Positions 40,479 to 50,204 of a DNA stretch of 64,000 bases are shown one piece after another. Origin of the DNA: Candidatus Krumholzibacteriia bacterium. Its GTDB lineage: Bacteria; Krumholzibacteriota; Krumholzibacteriia; LZORAL124-64-63. Positions within the stretch are counted from its first letter, which is position 1. Every line of letters begins with the position of its first letter. The position numbers and the translations under genes are program-made. The stretch covers positions 88 to 64,087 of the forward strand of contig JAYRFB010000199.1 in NCBI GenBank assembly GCA_041908585.1. Direction: 5' to 3'. The notes beneath the pieces were generated by a model. That model worked only from the letters and a program-made list of their open reading frames with translations. It was not told the DNA's origin and did not search any database.

Positions 40479-43106
40479 ATGGAAACCCCGCTTCCCAGTC
40501 CTGGCATCGCGCCCGTCCCGGGACCGGTCGCACCCCCTGCGGCCTGGTCCGGCTGGTACGGACAGGCCTGGCCGCTCCTGAGTGCCGGCGGCGTCTGGTT
40601 ACGCGGGGGCGAGCTCAACACGGTGCCTCCCGCCGAGTGGGACCACCGGCCGTACCGCGTGCTGCTGGCGCGCCTGTCGACTTATCGCGATACCGCCGTC
40701 TCCACCTCGCACCTGCTGGTCCATGCCGTGCTTGCCGGGTTGGCCGGCGTCTACCCGGACCTGGCCTGGCTGCCGCCGCCGCGCGACGGCGAGCTGATGA
40801 CCGCCGCCGGAGTGCCGTGGCTGCTGGGGACGCAGACCAAGCGTGGCGTCCGCGAGTTCGACTGCCTGGGCGTGTCGCTCTCGGTGCCCCAGGAGACGAT
40901 CAACCTGGCGGCGATGCTCGTGCGCAGCGGCATTCCCGTGGATCGACGCGAGCGGCTGGCCGACGAGGGCTTGCCCCTGGTGATCGCCGGCGGTGCCAGC
41001 GTCGGCGCGGCCGCGGCGCTCTACGGTGACGACGCCGGTGTCGACGGGATCTTCATCGGCGGCGACCCGGGCGCGATCGCCACCCTGTTCGCGCGCTGCC
41101 GCGATGGCCGGGCCCGGGGGCTGGGCAAGCGCGAGGTGCTGGCGTCGCTGCGCGACCTCGAGGGCTTCGTGCTGCCCGGCGAGCCGTTGCCGGCCCCGGG
41201 CCGGCAGGCGCCGGGCTCATCGCCGCGCCGGACCGGCGGCGGGGAGGGCGCCGACGTCGCCGTTCCTGCAGCCGCGATGCCCGTCAGCTACGACCTGTCG
41301 CGCACCGGCATCGTCACGGTTCCGATCACCGAGGGCTGCCGCTGGAAGTGCAGCTTCTGCTACGAATCGTGGCTTCACCCGCGCTACCGCAGCGTGCCGG
41401 GCGACGACATCGACGCGCGCGCCCGCGAGCTGAAGGCCTGGTCCGGCGCGCACCGGGCCGAGCTGTTCAGCTTCAACTTCGACATGCACGAGGACATCCG
41501 CGGCATCATCGAGCGCCTCAGTTCGCGCTTCGACCGCCTGGGGCTCAAGAGCCAGCGGTTCGACCAGCTGGCCGGCGACCCGGGGCTGCTGCAGATCATG
41601 CACGCTGTCGGCAAGACCAGCCTCACCTGCGGCATGGAGGGCATCTCCGACCGCCTGCGCGCCTACCTCAACAAGCGGCTCGACGACGCGAAGCTGCGGC
41701 GCGCGCTGGCGGCGATCGCGGCGGCGCCGCTGCGCCAGGTCAAGGTGTTCCTCATCGCGACGGGGCGCGAGCGCGACGACGATTTCGCCGAGTTCGCGGC
41801 GCTCCTCGCCTGGTTCCGTTCCGAGCTGGATGGACAGGGGCGGCGGCCGCGCGTCATCTTCTCGATCACGCCGCTGGTGCACTTCCCGTCCACGCCGCTG
41901 GTCTACGAGGCGCCGCCGTCCCCGGACCGCACGGCGCGCGTGGTCCGGCGCCTGGCGGTGACGATCCGGCGCGCCGGCTTCCAGGTGCGGGCCGCCGCGC
42001 GCGATCCCGAGGCGGTGGTGTCGCAGGCGCTGGTCAGCGGCCGTCATCCGCAGGCGCCGGCGGCCGATCCCGGCGACCCGACCGCGACCTGGCGCGCGGT
42101 CGTCGCCGCCGTGCGCGAGCACGGGTTCGTCTACTACGACGCGATCACGGCGGCCTTCCAGGACGACTTCCTGGCGCGGTTCGCGGCCGGGCCGCGACCG
42201 GACGCCGCCACACCTCCGACGGCGTTGCCTGCCGTGGCGCCCGGCCTGGCGGAGGAGCCGGTGCGGCGCGTGCACGCGCTGAGCCTGCGCGGCCTGGACC
42301 TGCCTGCCGGGGCGCAGGCGCCGGCCTCGCGTGATCGCGTGCGGCCCGCGCGCCCGCCCCGGTCGGCCCGCGGCGCGGTCGACGGGACCGGCCCGGAAGA
42401 GGCGGCGCTGGCGATCCGCCGGCGCATCCTGGCGGCACGGCGCGACCGCCGCGAGGTCGTATTCAACGTGGACCTGGGGGCCGCGGCGGCGGGCCTGCCG
42501 CGCGGCTACGTCGCGGCAGCGCTGGGCCGCGCGTTCATGCTCGCCGACGCCGGCCTGGTCGACGCCTTCCGGGGTCCCGGCACCTCCGCCTGGGGCGCCA
42601 AGGACCAGCCCTGCCGCCTGGTCGGGCACGACCGCCTGGGCCTGCTGTGGACCGCCGCGGGGGCCGCGCGCGCGGAGGCGCGCTGGCGCGATGACGCCGG
42701 GTTCCTGGCGGCGGTCAACGCCGGGCTGGCGCCCTGGGGCCGGCTGCTGCCGGCAACCCTAGCCGCGGCGCCGCGGCCCAGCCTGGCCTTCGCGGCGCCC
42801 TTCCCGGCAGCGGGACCAGCCTGGCTGGCGGCGCAGCACCTGCGCTACGTGCAGAGGCGACTGCCCGACGGGCCGGGCTGCCGCTGCGAGATCGCTCGCG
42901 ACTCGCTGAGGAAGAAGCTCGTGCTCGACTACGCGCAGCGCGACCTGCCCGGCGGCGGCACCGAGGTTGAGGTGGTCCCGGGCGAGCGCTTCGCCGTGGA
43001 GGCGTTCTGCCGCGAGGCCTTCCTGCCGCCGCGCCCCGAGGACCAGGCCCGTGTCACCGTGCGGGCGACGCTGTTCGCCACGACCGCCGGCGCGGCAGAC
43101 CCCTGA
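40479..43106 (+). CDS. Large radical SAM protein, TIGR03960-like, with a long C-terminal extension (possibly DUF2344-like)
   Basis: The CX3CX2C motif lies in VPITEGCRWKCSFCYES. The N-terminal B12-binding-like region reads GGELN...YRVLLARLSTY...EFDCLGVSLS...PLVIAGG. The last 53 nt overlap the convergent desaturase. Confidence 0.72.
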   Translation: METPLPSPGIAPVPGPVAPPAAWSGWYGQAWPLLSAGGVWLRGGELNTVPPAEWDHRPYRVLLARLSTYRDTAVSTSHLLVHAVLAGLAGVYPDLAWLPPPRDGELMTAAGVPWLLGTQTKRGVREFDCLGVSLSVPQETINLAAMLVRSGIPVDRRERLADEGLPLVIAGGASVGAAAALYGDDAGVDGIFIGGDPGAIATLFARCRDGRARGLGKREVLASLRDLEGFVLPGEPLPAPGRQAPGSSPRRTGGGEGADVAVPAAAMPVSYDLSRTGIVTVPITEGCRWKCSFCYESWLHPRYRSVPGDDIDARARELKAWSGAHRAELFSFNFDMHEDIRGIIERLSSRFDRLGLKSQRFDQLAGDPGLLQIMHAVGKTSLTCGMEGISDRLRAYLNKRLDDAKLRRALAAIAAAPLRQVKVFLIATGRERDDDFAEFAALLAWFRSELDGQGRRPRVIFSITPLVHFPSTPLVYEAPPSPDRTARVVRRLAVTIRRAGFQVRAAARDPEAVVSQALVSGRHPQAPAADPGDPTATWRAVVAAVREHGFVYYDAITAAFQDDFLARFAAGPRPDAATPPTALPAVAPGLAEEPVRRVHALSLRGLDLPAGAQAPASRDRVRPARPPRSARGAVDGTGPEEAALAIRRRILAARRDRREVVFNVDLGAAAAGLPRGYVAAALGRAFMLADAGLVDAFRGPGTSAWGAKDQPCRLVGHDRLGLLWTAAGAARAEARWRDDAGFLAAVNAGLAPWGRLLPATLAAAPRPSLAFAAPFPAAGPAWLAAQHLRYVQRRLPDGPGCRCEIARDSLRKKLVLDYAQRDLPGGGTEVEVVPGERFAVEAFCREAFLPPRPEDQARVTVRATLFATTAGAADP

Positions 43107-44112
43107 TCGCGCGGAAGCTGACCAGCTTCTGCTGCTTCTCGTCCCAGAGGTTCATCGCCACCGAGCGCAGGCTCCGCCGCAGGGTCAGCGGCTTGATGTG
43201 CTGCAGCGCCGGGACCGCGTCCTGGCAGGCCTGCAGGTGGTAGTTCGGGATCCGCGGTCGCAGGTGGTGGATGTGGTGAAGGCCGATGTTGCCGGTGAAC
43301 CACTGCAGCACGCGCGGCAGCTTGTAGTAGGAACTGCCGGCCAGCGCCGCCTCCAGCGGTTCCCAGTCATCGTGGCGGCTCCAGTGCGTGCCCTCGAACT
43401 GGTGCTGCACGTAGAAGAGCCAGACGCCGCTGGTCCACGAGATGACGATCACCGGCAGCTGCACCAGCAGGTAGTTGCCCAGCCCGATCGTCCGGCTGGC
43501 AACCACCGCGATGGCCAGCAGGGCCAGGTCGGTCAGCAGCACGCTGGCGGCGGCGGCACGGCCGGCGCCCCGGCGCGGGATGCGATAGGCGATGAGCGAC
43601 AGGTAGAACGGCACCACCAGCAGCAGGAAGAACGGGTTGCGCACCAGCCGGTAGCCCAGCCGCTTCCGTCGCGAGGCCGCCAGGTACTCGTCCACGGTCA
43701 TCGTCCAGACGTCGCCCGTGCCCCGGTTGTCCAGGTCGCCGGCCGTCGTGTGGTGGCGCTGGTGCGACTGCTTCCAGTCGTCGAACGGCGTGAACGTGAG
43801 GATCCCCGTGACCCAGCCCGTGATGCGGTTGGCCGTGCGCGAGCCGAAGAACGAATCGTGGCAGCAGTCGTGGAAGAAGATGAAGATCCGGATCATCAGC
43901 GCCGCAGTCGGCAGCGCCAGCAGCAGCGTCCACGCCCAGTGCCAGCCGTGGAGGCGTCCGTACACCATCAGCGACAACAGGCCCAGGTACGGCACGATGG
44001 TGTTGACCAGCTGCCAGGCGCCCTTGCGCGCGTCCGACCGCCCGAAGGGTGCGATCTCGCGGGACAGGCGCGCACGGTCGATCAGCGCCCGCAGGCGCCG
44101 GGACTCGGACAT
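43054..44112 (-). CDS. Membrane fatty-acid (acyl-lipid) desaturase
   Basis: Three histidine boxes are present: HDCCH, HQRHH and HHIHH. The topology is four-TM. Confidence 0.88.
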   Translation of the reverse strand: MSESRRLRALIDRARLSREIAPFGRSDARKGAWQLVNTIVPYLGLLSLMVYGRLHGWHWAWTLLLALPTAALMIRIFIFFHDCCHDSFFGSRTANRITGWVTGILTFTPFDDWKQSHQRHHTTAGDLDNRGTGDVWTMTVDEYLAASRRKRLGYRLVRNPFFLLLVVPFYLSLIAYRIPRRGAGRAAAASVLLTDLALLAIAVVASRTIGLGNYLLVQLPVIVISWTSGVWLFYVQHQFEGTHWSRHDDWEPLEAALAGSSYYKLPRVLQWFTGNIGLHHIHHLRPRIPNYHLQACQDAVPALQHIKPLTLRRSLRSVAMNLWDEKQQKLVSFRAIRGLPRRRSWRTASPAR

Positions 44113-44182
44113 GGGTGGTCTCCTCGCGGACGTCCGCGCGGTTCGGGGAGCAGCATTCCGGGCAGCTTCGTCCCGGGTCGGA

Positions 44183-44386
44183 CTACTTCCTTCCGGGGCG
44201 ATGTCCCAGCAGGCGCGCCGGGAGCATGACGATGGCCTTGATCAGGGCCAGGACGGCCCCGACGGTGATCCCGACCAGCCGGAACGGGATCAACAGGAGC
44301 CAGACGACAGGATAAAGGAGCAGGCCCAGCACAGCCACCGGCCAGCAGAGCACGAACAGCACGCACCAGAGCAGGAACTTGACCAC
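44183..44386 (-). CDS. Small two-TM membrane protein upstream of the desaturase
   Basis: AAGGAGG lies 5 nt upstream of GTG 44386. The sequence is very hydrophobic (VKFLLWCVLFVLCWPVAVLGLLLYPVVWLLLIPF). Confidence 0.55.
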   Translation of the reverse strand: MVKFLLWCVLFVLCWPVAVLGLLLYPVVWLLLIPFRLVGITVGAVLALIKAIVMLPARLLGHRPGRK

Positions 44387-44535
44387 GACCCCCTCCTTCC
44401 GCCGGCGCCATCATAGACGGGGGCCGGCCCCATGCCAAGCCCTTGTTCGGCAATGAACTAGCCGTTTCATGGTGGCCTGCGGCGCCTGGCGACGGGGACG
44501 GCCTCGACGGTCGGCGCCGGGGGGGCGCAAAAAGC

Positions 44536-44564
44536 TTGAAATGGTCCGGAACTTGCGTTAACGT
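44536..44564 (+). promoter_or_regulatory. Candidate promoter of the RRM-protein gene, implying a leader of about 240 nt
   Basis: TTGAAA, a 17-nt spacer, then TAACGT. No credible ORF lies between it and GTG 44814. Confidence 0.35.
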
Positions 44565-44813
44565 CGAAGCGAGTTTTCGCCGCCTTCGCTCTTGCCGGTC
44601 TACCTTGGGATCTGCCAGCCGCGAAATGGAAGCGATACCGCCGCCCGGGCCGGCACATGATCGTGCGCGCGCCGGGGCGAGGGTTTCCCCGCCATGGCGG
44701 GGGATACGGTCCGGCACCGGCCGGGCCCGTTTGAAGTGCAAGGGGTCACGCCGGAAGTGGCCGGCGGCCCTGCGCGCTTGTAAGCCGGACAGCCGGCATC
44801 TGGAGAGACGACC

Positions 44814-45143
44814 GTGAAGAAACTGTACGTGGGCAACCTGCCCTTCAGCGCGACCGAGGACGAGATTTCCCAGCTTTTCGGCCAGCATGGCACCGTGCAT
44901 TCGGTGGCGCTGATCAATGACCGCGAGACGGGCCGTCCCCGCGGCTTCGGCTTCGTCGAGGTCGACGATGACGCCCTGCAGGCGATGATCCAGGCGCTCG
45001 ACGGCAAGGAGATGGGCGGCCGCGCCCTCCGCGTCAACGAGGCCCAGGACCGTCCGCGCGGCGGCGGCGGTGGTGGCGGCGGCGGCGGCGGCCGTGGCGG
45101 CTACGGCGGCGGCCGGGGTGGCGGCGGCGGCGGCCGCTGGTAG
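44814..45143 (+). CDS. RRM-type RNA-binding protein with a Gly/Arg-rich tail
   Basis: GGAGAG RBS with a GTG start. RNP2 is KLYVGNLPF and RNP1 is RGFGFVEV. The tail is RGGGGGGGGGGGRGGYGGGRGGGGGGRW. Confidence 0.9.
   Translation: MKKLYVGNLPFSATEDEISQLFGQHGTVHSVALINDRETGRPRGFGFVEVDDDALQAMIQALDGKEMGGRALRVNEAQDRPRGGGGGGGGGGGRGGYGGGRGGGGGGRW
45059..45137 (+). repeat. (GGN)n low-complexity coding repeat (Gly-rich tail)
   Basis: A run of GGC/GGT codons is visible directly in the sequence. Confidence 0.8.
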
Positions 45144-45169
45144 TTCCCAGCCCACGCACTCGAGCGATG

Positions 45170-45210
45170 GATCGCCCCGCTGCCGATGGTGGCGGGGCGA
45201 TCGCTTTGTC
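45170..45210 (+). terminator. Rho-independent terminator after the RRM gene
   Basis: GATCGCCCCGC-(11 nt)-GCGGGGCGATC forms an 11-bp stem and is followed by GCTTTGTCT. Confidence 0.65.
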
Positions 45211-45280
45211 TCCGCCTGGCGGAATCCGCAAGCACGGTATTGAGGTTGCGGCGCGCGGTGATGCGGCGGACCGGTTTCGA

Positions 45281-45289
45281 TGGTATGAT
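45281..45289 (+). promoter_or_regulatory. Extended -10 element TGgTATGAT upstream of the cupredoxin gene
   Basis: A TGnTATGAT match lies 74 nt before ATG 45363. The -35 element is poor. Confidence 0.35.
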
Positions 45290-45362
45290 GTTTCCTGCGG
45301 TCCCTTGAACCATTCCGTGCCGGCCGTGCCCGGCGCGGCCCAACCTGCCCTGGAGGGAGCGC

Positions 45363-46016
45363 ATGAACACCCGTCACATCGTCGCGAGTTTCCTGTTGCT
45401 CGCGCTTGCCACCGCCGGACCGGCCGTCGCGGCCACCCACATCGTGCAGCAATCCGCCTTCGCGTTCTCCCCGGACGTGATCACGATCAACGTCGGGGAC
45501 ACCGTCACCTGGCAGTGGAGCAGCTTCTCGCACACGGTCACCAGCGGGACCGGTGCTGCCGACCCGCAGGTCGGCCAGCTCTTCGACGGCCCGTTGAGCT
45601 CCTTCAATCCGACCTTCTCGCACACCTTCACGGCGGCCGGCGTGGTGGACTACTTCTGCCGCCCCCATGAGCTGATGGGGATGACGGGCGTCGTGGTCGT
45701 CCAGGATGCATCCGCGGTCGACGAGGTCCCGTCCCGCGGCGAGCTGGCGCTGGCCGGCGCGCCGAATCCGTTCAACCCGCGCACGATGATCAGTTTCGAG
45801 CTGCCGGAGGCGGCGTCCGTGACGTTGCGGGTGCACGATGCGGCCGGACGTCAGGTGCGGGTGCTGGCCGTCGGGAGCGCACGGGCGGCGGGTCGGCATC
45901 AGACTGCCTGGGACGGCCTGGATGATGGCGGTCGTGTGCTGCCGGCCGGCGTTTACGTGGCGAGCATCGAGGCGGGCGGTCGCCGCGAGTCGGTGAAGCT
46001 GACGCTGGCGAAGTAG
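45363..46016 (+). CDS. Secreted type-1 copper (cupredoxin/plastocyanin-like) protein with a C-terminal FlgD-Ig/T9SS-type domain
   Basis: Signal peptide LLLALATAGPAVAA. Copper ligands are SHTVT ... YFCRPHELMGM (His, Cys-x2-His-x4-Met). The tail is APNPFNPRTMISF...TAWDGLDDGGRVLPAGVY. Confidence 0.85.
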   Translation: MNTRHIVASFLLLALATAGPAVAATHIVQQSAFAFSPDVITINVGDTVTWQWSSFSHTVTSGTGAADPQVGQLFDGPLSSFNPTFSHTFTAAGVVDYFCRPHELMGMTGVVVVQDASAVDEVPSRGELALAGAPNPFNPRTMISFELPEAASVTLRVHDAAGRQVRVLAVGSARAAGRHQTAWDGLDDGGRVLPAGVYVASIEAGGRRESVKLTLAK

Positions 46017-46166
46017 GGGGGCGCTTGGGAGTGCGGTCGCGGCGGGCGCTTGCCGTGCCTTGCCGCGACCGCCACCCATCTGGTACCGTCCGGCCTGACG
46101 AGACGTCACGTCGGCACCGATTCGACCGGGCGTCGGCGTTGCGCCCAGGGCGCCCGGAGGTGGCCC

Positions 46167-46586
46167 ATGCTCGGAAAGCTCCACGACCACATCGTCGACG
46201 AGCTGCAGCAGAACGCCCGCACCGACACCGTCTTCGTCGTGGCGGCCGTGCTGTTCAACCTGGTGGTGCTCGGCATCAACTGGGCGGTTGCGTCCTCCGG
46301 GCGCGACGGTGACCGGGGGGCGGGCGACGTCATCTTCGCGCTGCTGGTCGTGGCCACCGTCGCGATCAACGGATTCTGCCTGCGCGCGCTGGCCTCGGGG
46401 CGTTCGACGCGTCTGAAGCTGGTGCGCGGCCTGCTGGAGATGTACCGCGACAACGATGTCGCCCGCTACTACGACGAGTCGCTGGTCGCGAACTACGGCG
46501 CGCGCTATTCCATGTTCATGGCGGTGACCGGCGTGCTGGCGGCGCTGGCGATCGTGGTTCCGTTCATCGCCCGGCTGGCCGACTGA
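46167..46586 (+). CDS. Membrane protein of unknown function (139 aa)
   Basis: GGAGGTG RBS precedes ATG 46167. There are three hydrophobic helices (VFVVAAVLFNLVVLGINWAV, VIFALLVVATVAINGFCL and MFMAVTGVLAALAIVVPFI). Confidence 0.6.
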   Translation: MLGKLHDHIVDELQQNARTDTVFVVAAVLFNLVVLGINWAVASSGRDGDRGAGDVIFALLVVATVAINGFCLRALASGRSTRLKLVRGLLEMYRDNDVARYYDESLVANYGARYSMFMAVTGVLAALAIVVPFIARLAD

Positions 46587-46624
46587 CGCGCCGCCACCGG
46601 GCGGCGATGACAAGGGAGGCGCCG

Positions 46625-46972
46625 ATGTCGCTGGGTGGTCCTTATCGGCGGGGCGGGAAGCGGCGGGGGCCGGCGAAGCCGCCGACGCCGGAGGAGATCG
46701 CGCGTGGGCTGAAGGAGCTCAAGGGGCTGGCGGCCCCGAACGCGAACTACCGCGAGCGGTCGCTGGCGATCCACGGCATGATCTGCGCCAAGTGCGCGCG
46801 CGAGTTCACCGCCCAGGACCGCCACCTGCTGACCGTCCACCACAAGGACGGGAACGACCGCAACAACCCCGCCGACGGCTCGAACTGGGAGAACCTCTGC
46901 GTCTACTGCCATGAGGACGAGCACAGCCGGCAGCGCCTGGCCGACTACCTGTCCGGCCGGGATGGCAACTGA
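46625..46972 (+). CDS. yajD: YajD-family HNH nuclease
   Basis: GGGAGG lies 5 nt upstream of ATG 46625. The motifs CAKCAREF...LTVHHKDGNDRNN...NLCVYCHEDEH are present. Confidence 0.8.
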   Translation: MSLGGPYRRGGKRRGPAKPPTPEEIARGLKELKGLAAPNANYRERSLAIHGMICAKCAREFTAQDRHLLTVHHKDGNDRNNPADGSNWENLCVYCHEDEHSRQRLADYLSGRDGN

Positions 46973-47010
46973 ACCCGTTTTCTGACAGCAGGTTAGCTTC
47001 GGCATGGGGT

Positions 47011-47038
47011 GGCGGCCGCCGTCAGCCGGGCGGCCGCC
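47011..47038 (+). terminator. GC hairpin after yajD
   Basis: GGCGGCCGCC-gtcagccg-GGCGGCCGCC forms a 10-bp stem. There is no clear T-tract. Confidence 0.45.
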
Positions 47039-47130
47039 CTCTCCCCGATACACCCTCAAACGCCGCCGCCCGCCGCCGATAACCCCAAGGATCGGCTGCT
47101 CAACCGTTTACGTGGCGGGGAAGGCGGGAA

Positions 47131-47691
47131 GTGGGTCCTCGGGTGGGAATCGGCGTGCCGGGCGTGCTGGCAGCGGTGATCGCGTACGCGATCGCCGCCG
47201 CGCCGCTGTCCGTGTCCGTCTGCGCGGCGTCGCCTCACGACGCGCAGATCAAGGCGGACATCCTGCACGGCCTGGCCCTGGCCGTCACCTGGCCCGACAG
47301 CGCGCTGGAGCCCGGCCCGTTCGTCATCGGCCTGGTCGGACACGATGAATCGGATCCGGAGCTGGCCAGCCTGGCGGGAAGGACGCTGCGGAAGCGATCG
47401 CTCTCGCTGGTCCCTCAGCTGACAGCGGGCGCCGCCCGCGAGGCCCAGATCGTCTTCATCTCGCGGTCGGAACAGGCACGCCTGACGGACCTCCTGGGTT
47501 CGCTGGCGCGCCGGCCGCTGCTGACCGTGAGCGAGATCGACGGCTTCTGCGAAGCCGGCGGGATGGTCCAGCTGCGTCGCGACCGCAACCGCTACCGTCT
47601 CCTGGTCAACCGCGCCGCCGCCGAACGGGCGGGACTCAGGCTGGACCCGCAGCTGCTGAAGGTGGCCGAGATCGTGGAAGGAGGCGACTGA
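47131..47691 (+). CDS. YfiR/DUF4154-family periplasmic protein
   Basis: A signal-like N-terminus is followed by IKADILHGLALAVTWPD...QIVFISRSEQARLTDLL...LLTVSEIDGFCEAGGMVQL...RLDPQLLKVAEIV. Confidence 0.7.
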   Translation: MGPRVGIGVPGVLAAVIAYAIAAAPLSVSVCAASPHDAQIKADILHGLALAVTWPDSALEPGPFVIGLVGHDESDPELASLAGRTLRKRSLSLVPQLTAGAAREAQIVFISRSEQARLTDLLGSLARRPLLTVSEIDGFCEAGGMVQLRRDRNRYRLLVNRAAAERAGLRLDPQLLKVAEIVEGGD

Positions 47692-49584
<1,893 letters not shown>

Positions 49585-49602
49585 CGAAGCGGCCGGACAG
49601 CG

Positions 49603-50112
49603 CTAGCGCGGCGCCTCCACGCTCAACATGTAATGCAGCAGGGCCGTGGCCTCGTCGTCGGTCACGTCCAGGTCGGACATGGGCACGCCGTACTGCTCGA
49701 CCATCGCGCGCGTCACCGGGTCGTGCTCCGCCATCCACTCGGGTGCCGTCAACTGCCGCCGCAGCCAGGCCTCGGTCCGCCGTTCGCCGACGCCGCGCAG
49801 GTCCGGCGCGCTGTCGGCCGAGCCCAGTTCGTGGCAGCCGGTACAGCCCTTGGTATCGAACAGCACCTGGCCCACCGCCGCCAGCGAATCGGACAGGGCC
49901 AACGCCTGCGCGGCGCGCGGGCCGTGATCCAGCGCGGAGGCGCTCTCGACGGCCCCGGCCGCCGGAGGCGGCGTGCCGGAGGCGGGCGTTCCCCCGGTGT
50001 CGGCGTTCCCGGCGCCGGTGCGGTCCCGGTCGCCGCAGCCGGCCAGGGATACGGCAAGGACGATGGCGGTCAAGGTCGGCAGCCAGGCGGCCGGCGCGTG
50101 GTATCGGGTCAT
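49603..50112 (-). CDS. Mono-haem c-type cytochrome lipoprotein
   Basis: GGGAG RBS. The lipobox is AVSLAGCGD and the haem-binding site is CTGCHELG. Confidence 0.75.
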   Translation of the reverse strand: MTRYHAPAAWLPTLTAIVLAVSLAGCGDRDRTGAGNADTGGTPASGTPPPAAGAVESASALDHGPRAAQALALSDSLAAVGQVLFDTKGCTGCHELGSADSAPDLRGVGERRTEAWLRRQLTAPEWMAEHDPVTRAMVEQYGVPMSDLDVTDDEATALLHYMLSVEAPR

Positions 50113-50204
50113 CGGGACACTCCCGGGACGGAAGGTGGGCCGCGACCGCCCCCGTGGCGGCCACGGCCCACATGATGGGCACGGTCGTCGCGATCCGCCG
50201 CCGT

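Noticed and set aside
33669-47038. The hairpins at 33669-33701 and 47011-47038 both use the GGCGGCCGCC palindrome and end in GGCGGCCGCCCTCT; possible REP-like family.
   Set aside because: Only two copies are present. The motif is a trivially GC-rich self-complementary sequence, and both copies sit where ordinary terminators are expected. The evidence is insufficient to call an element family.
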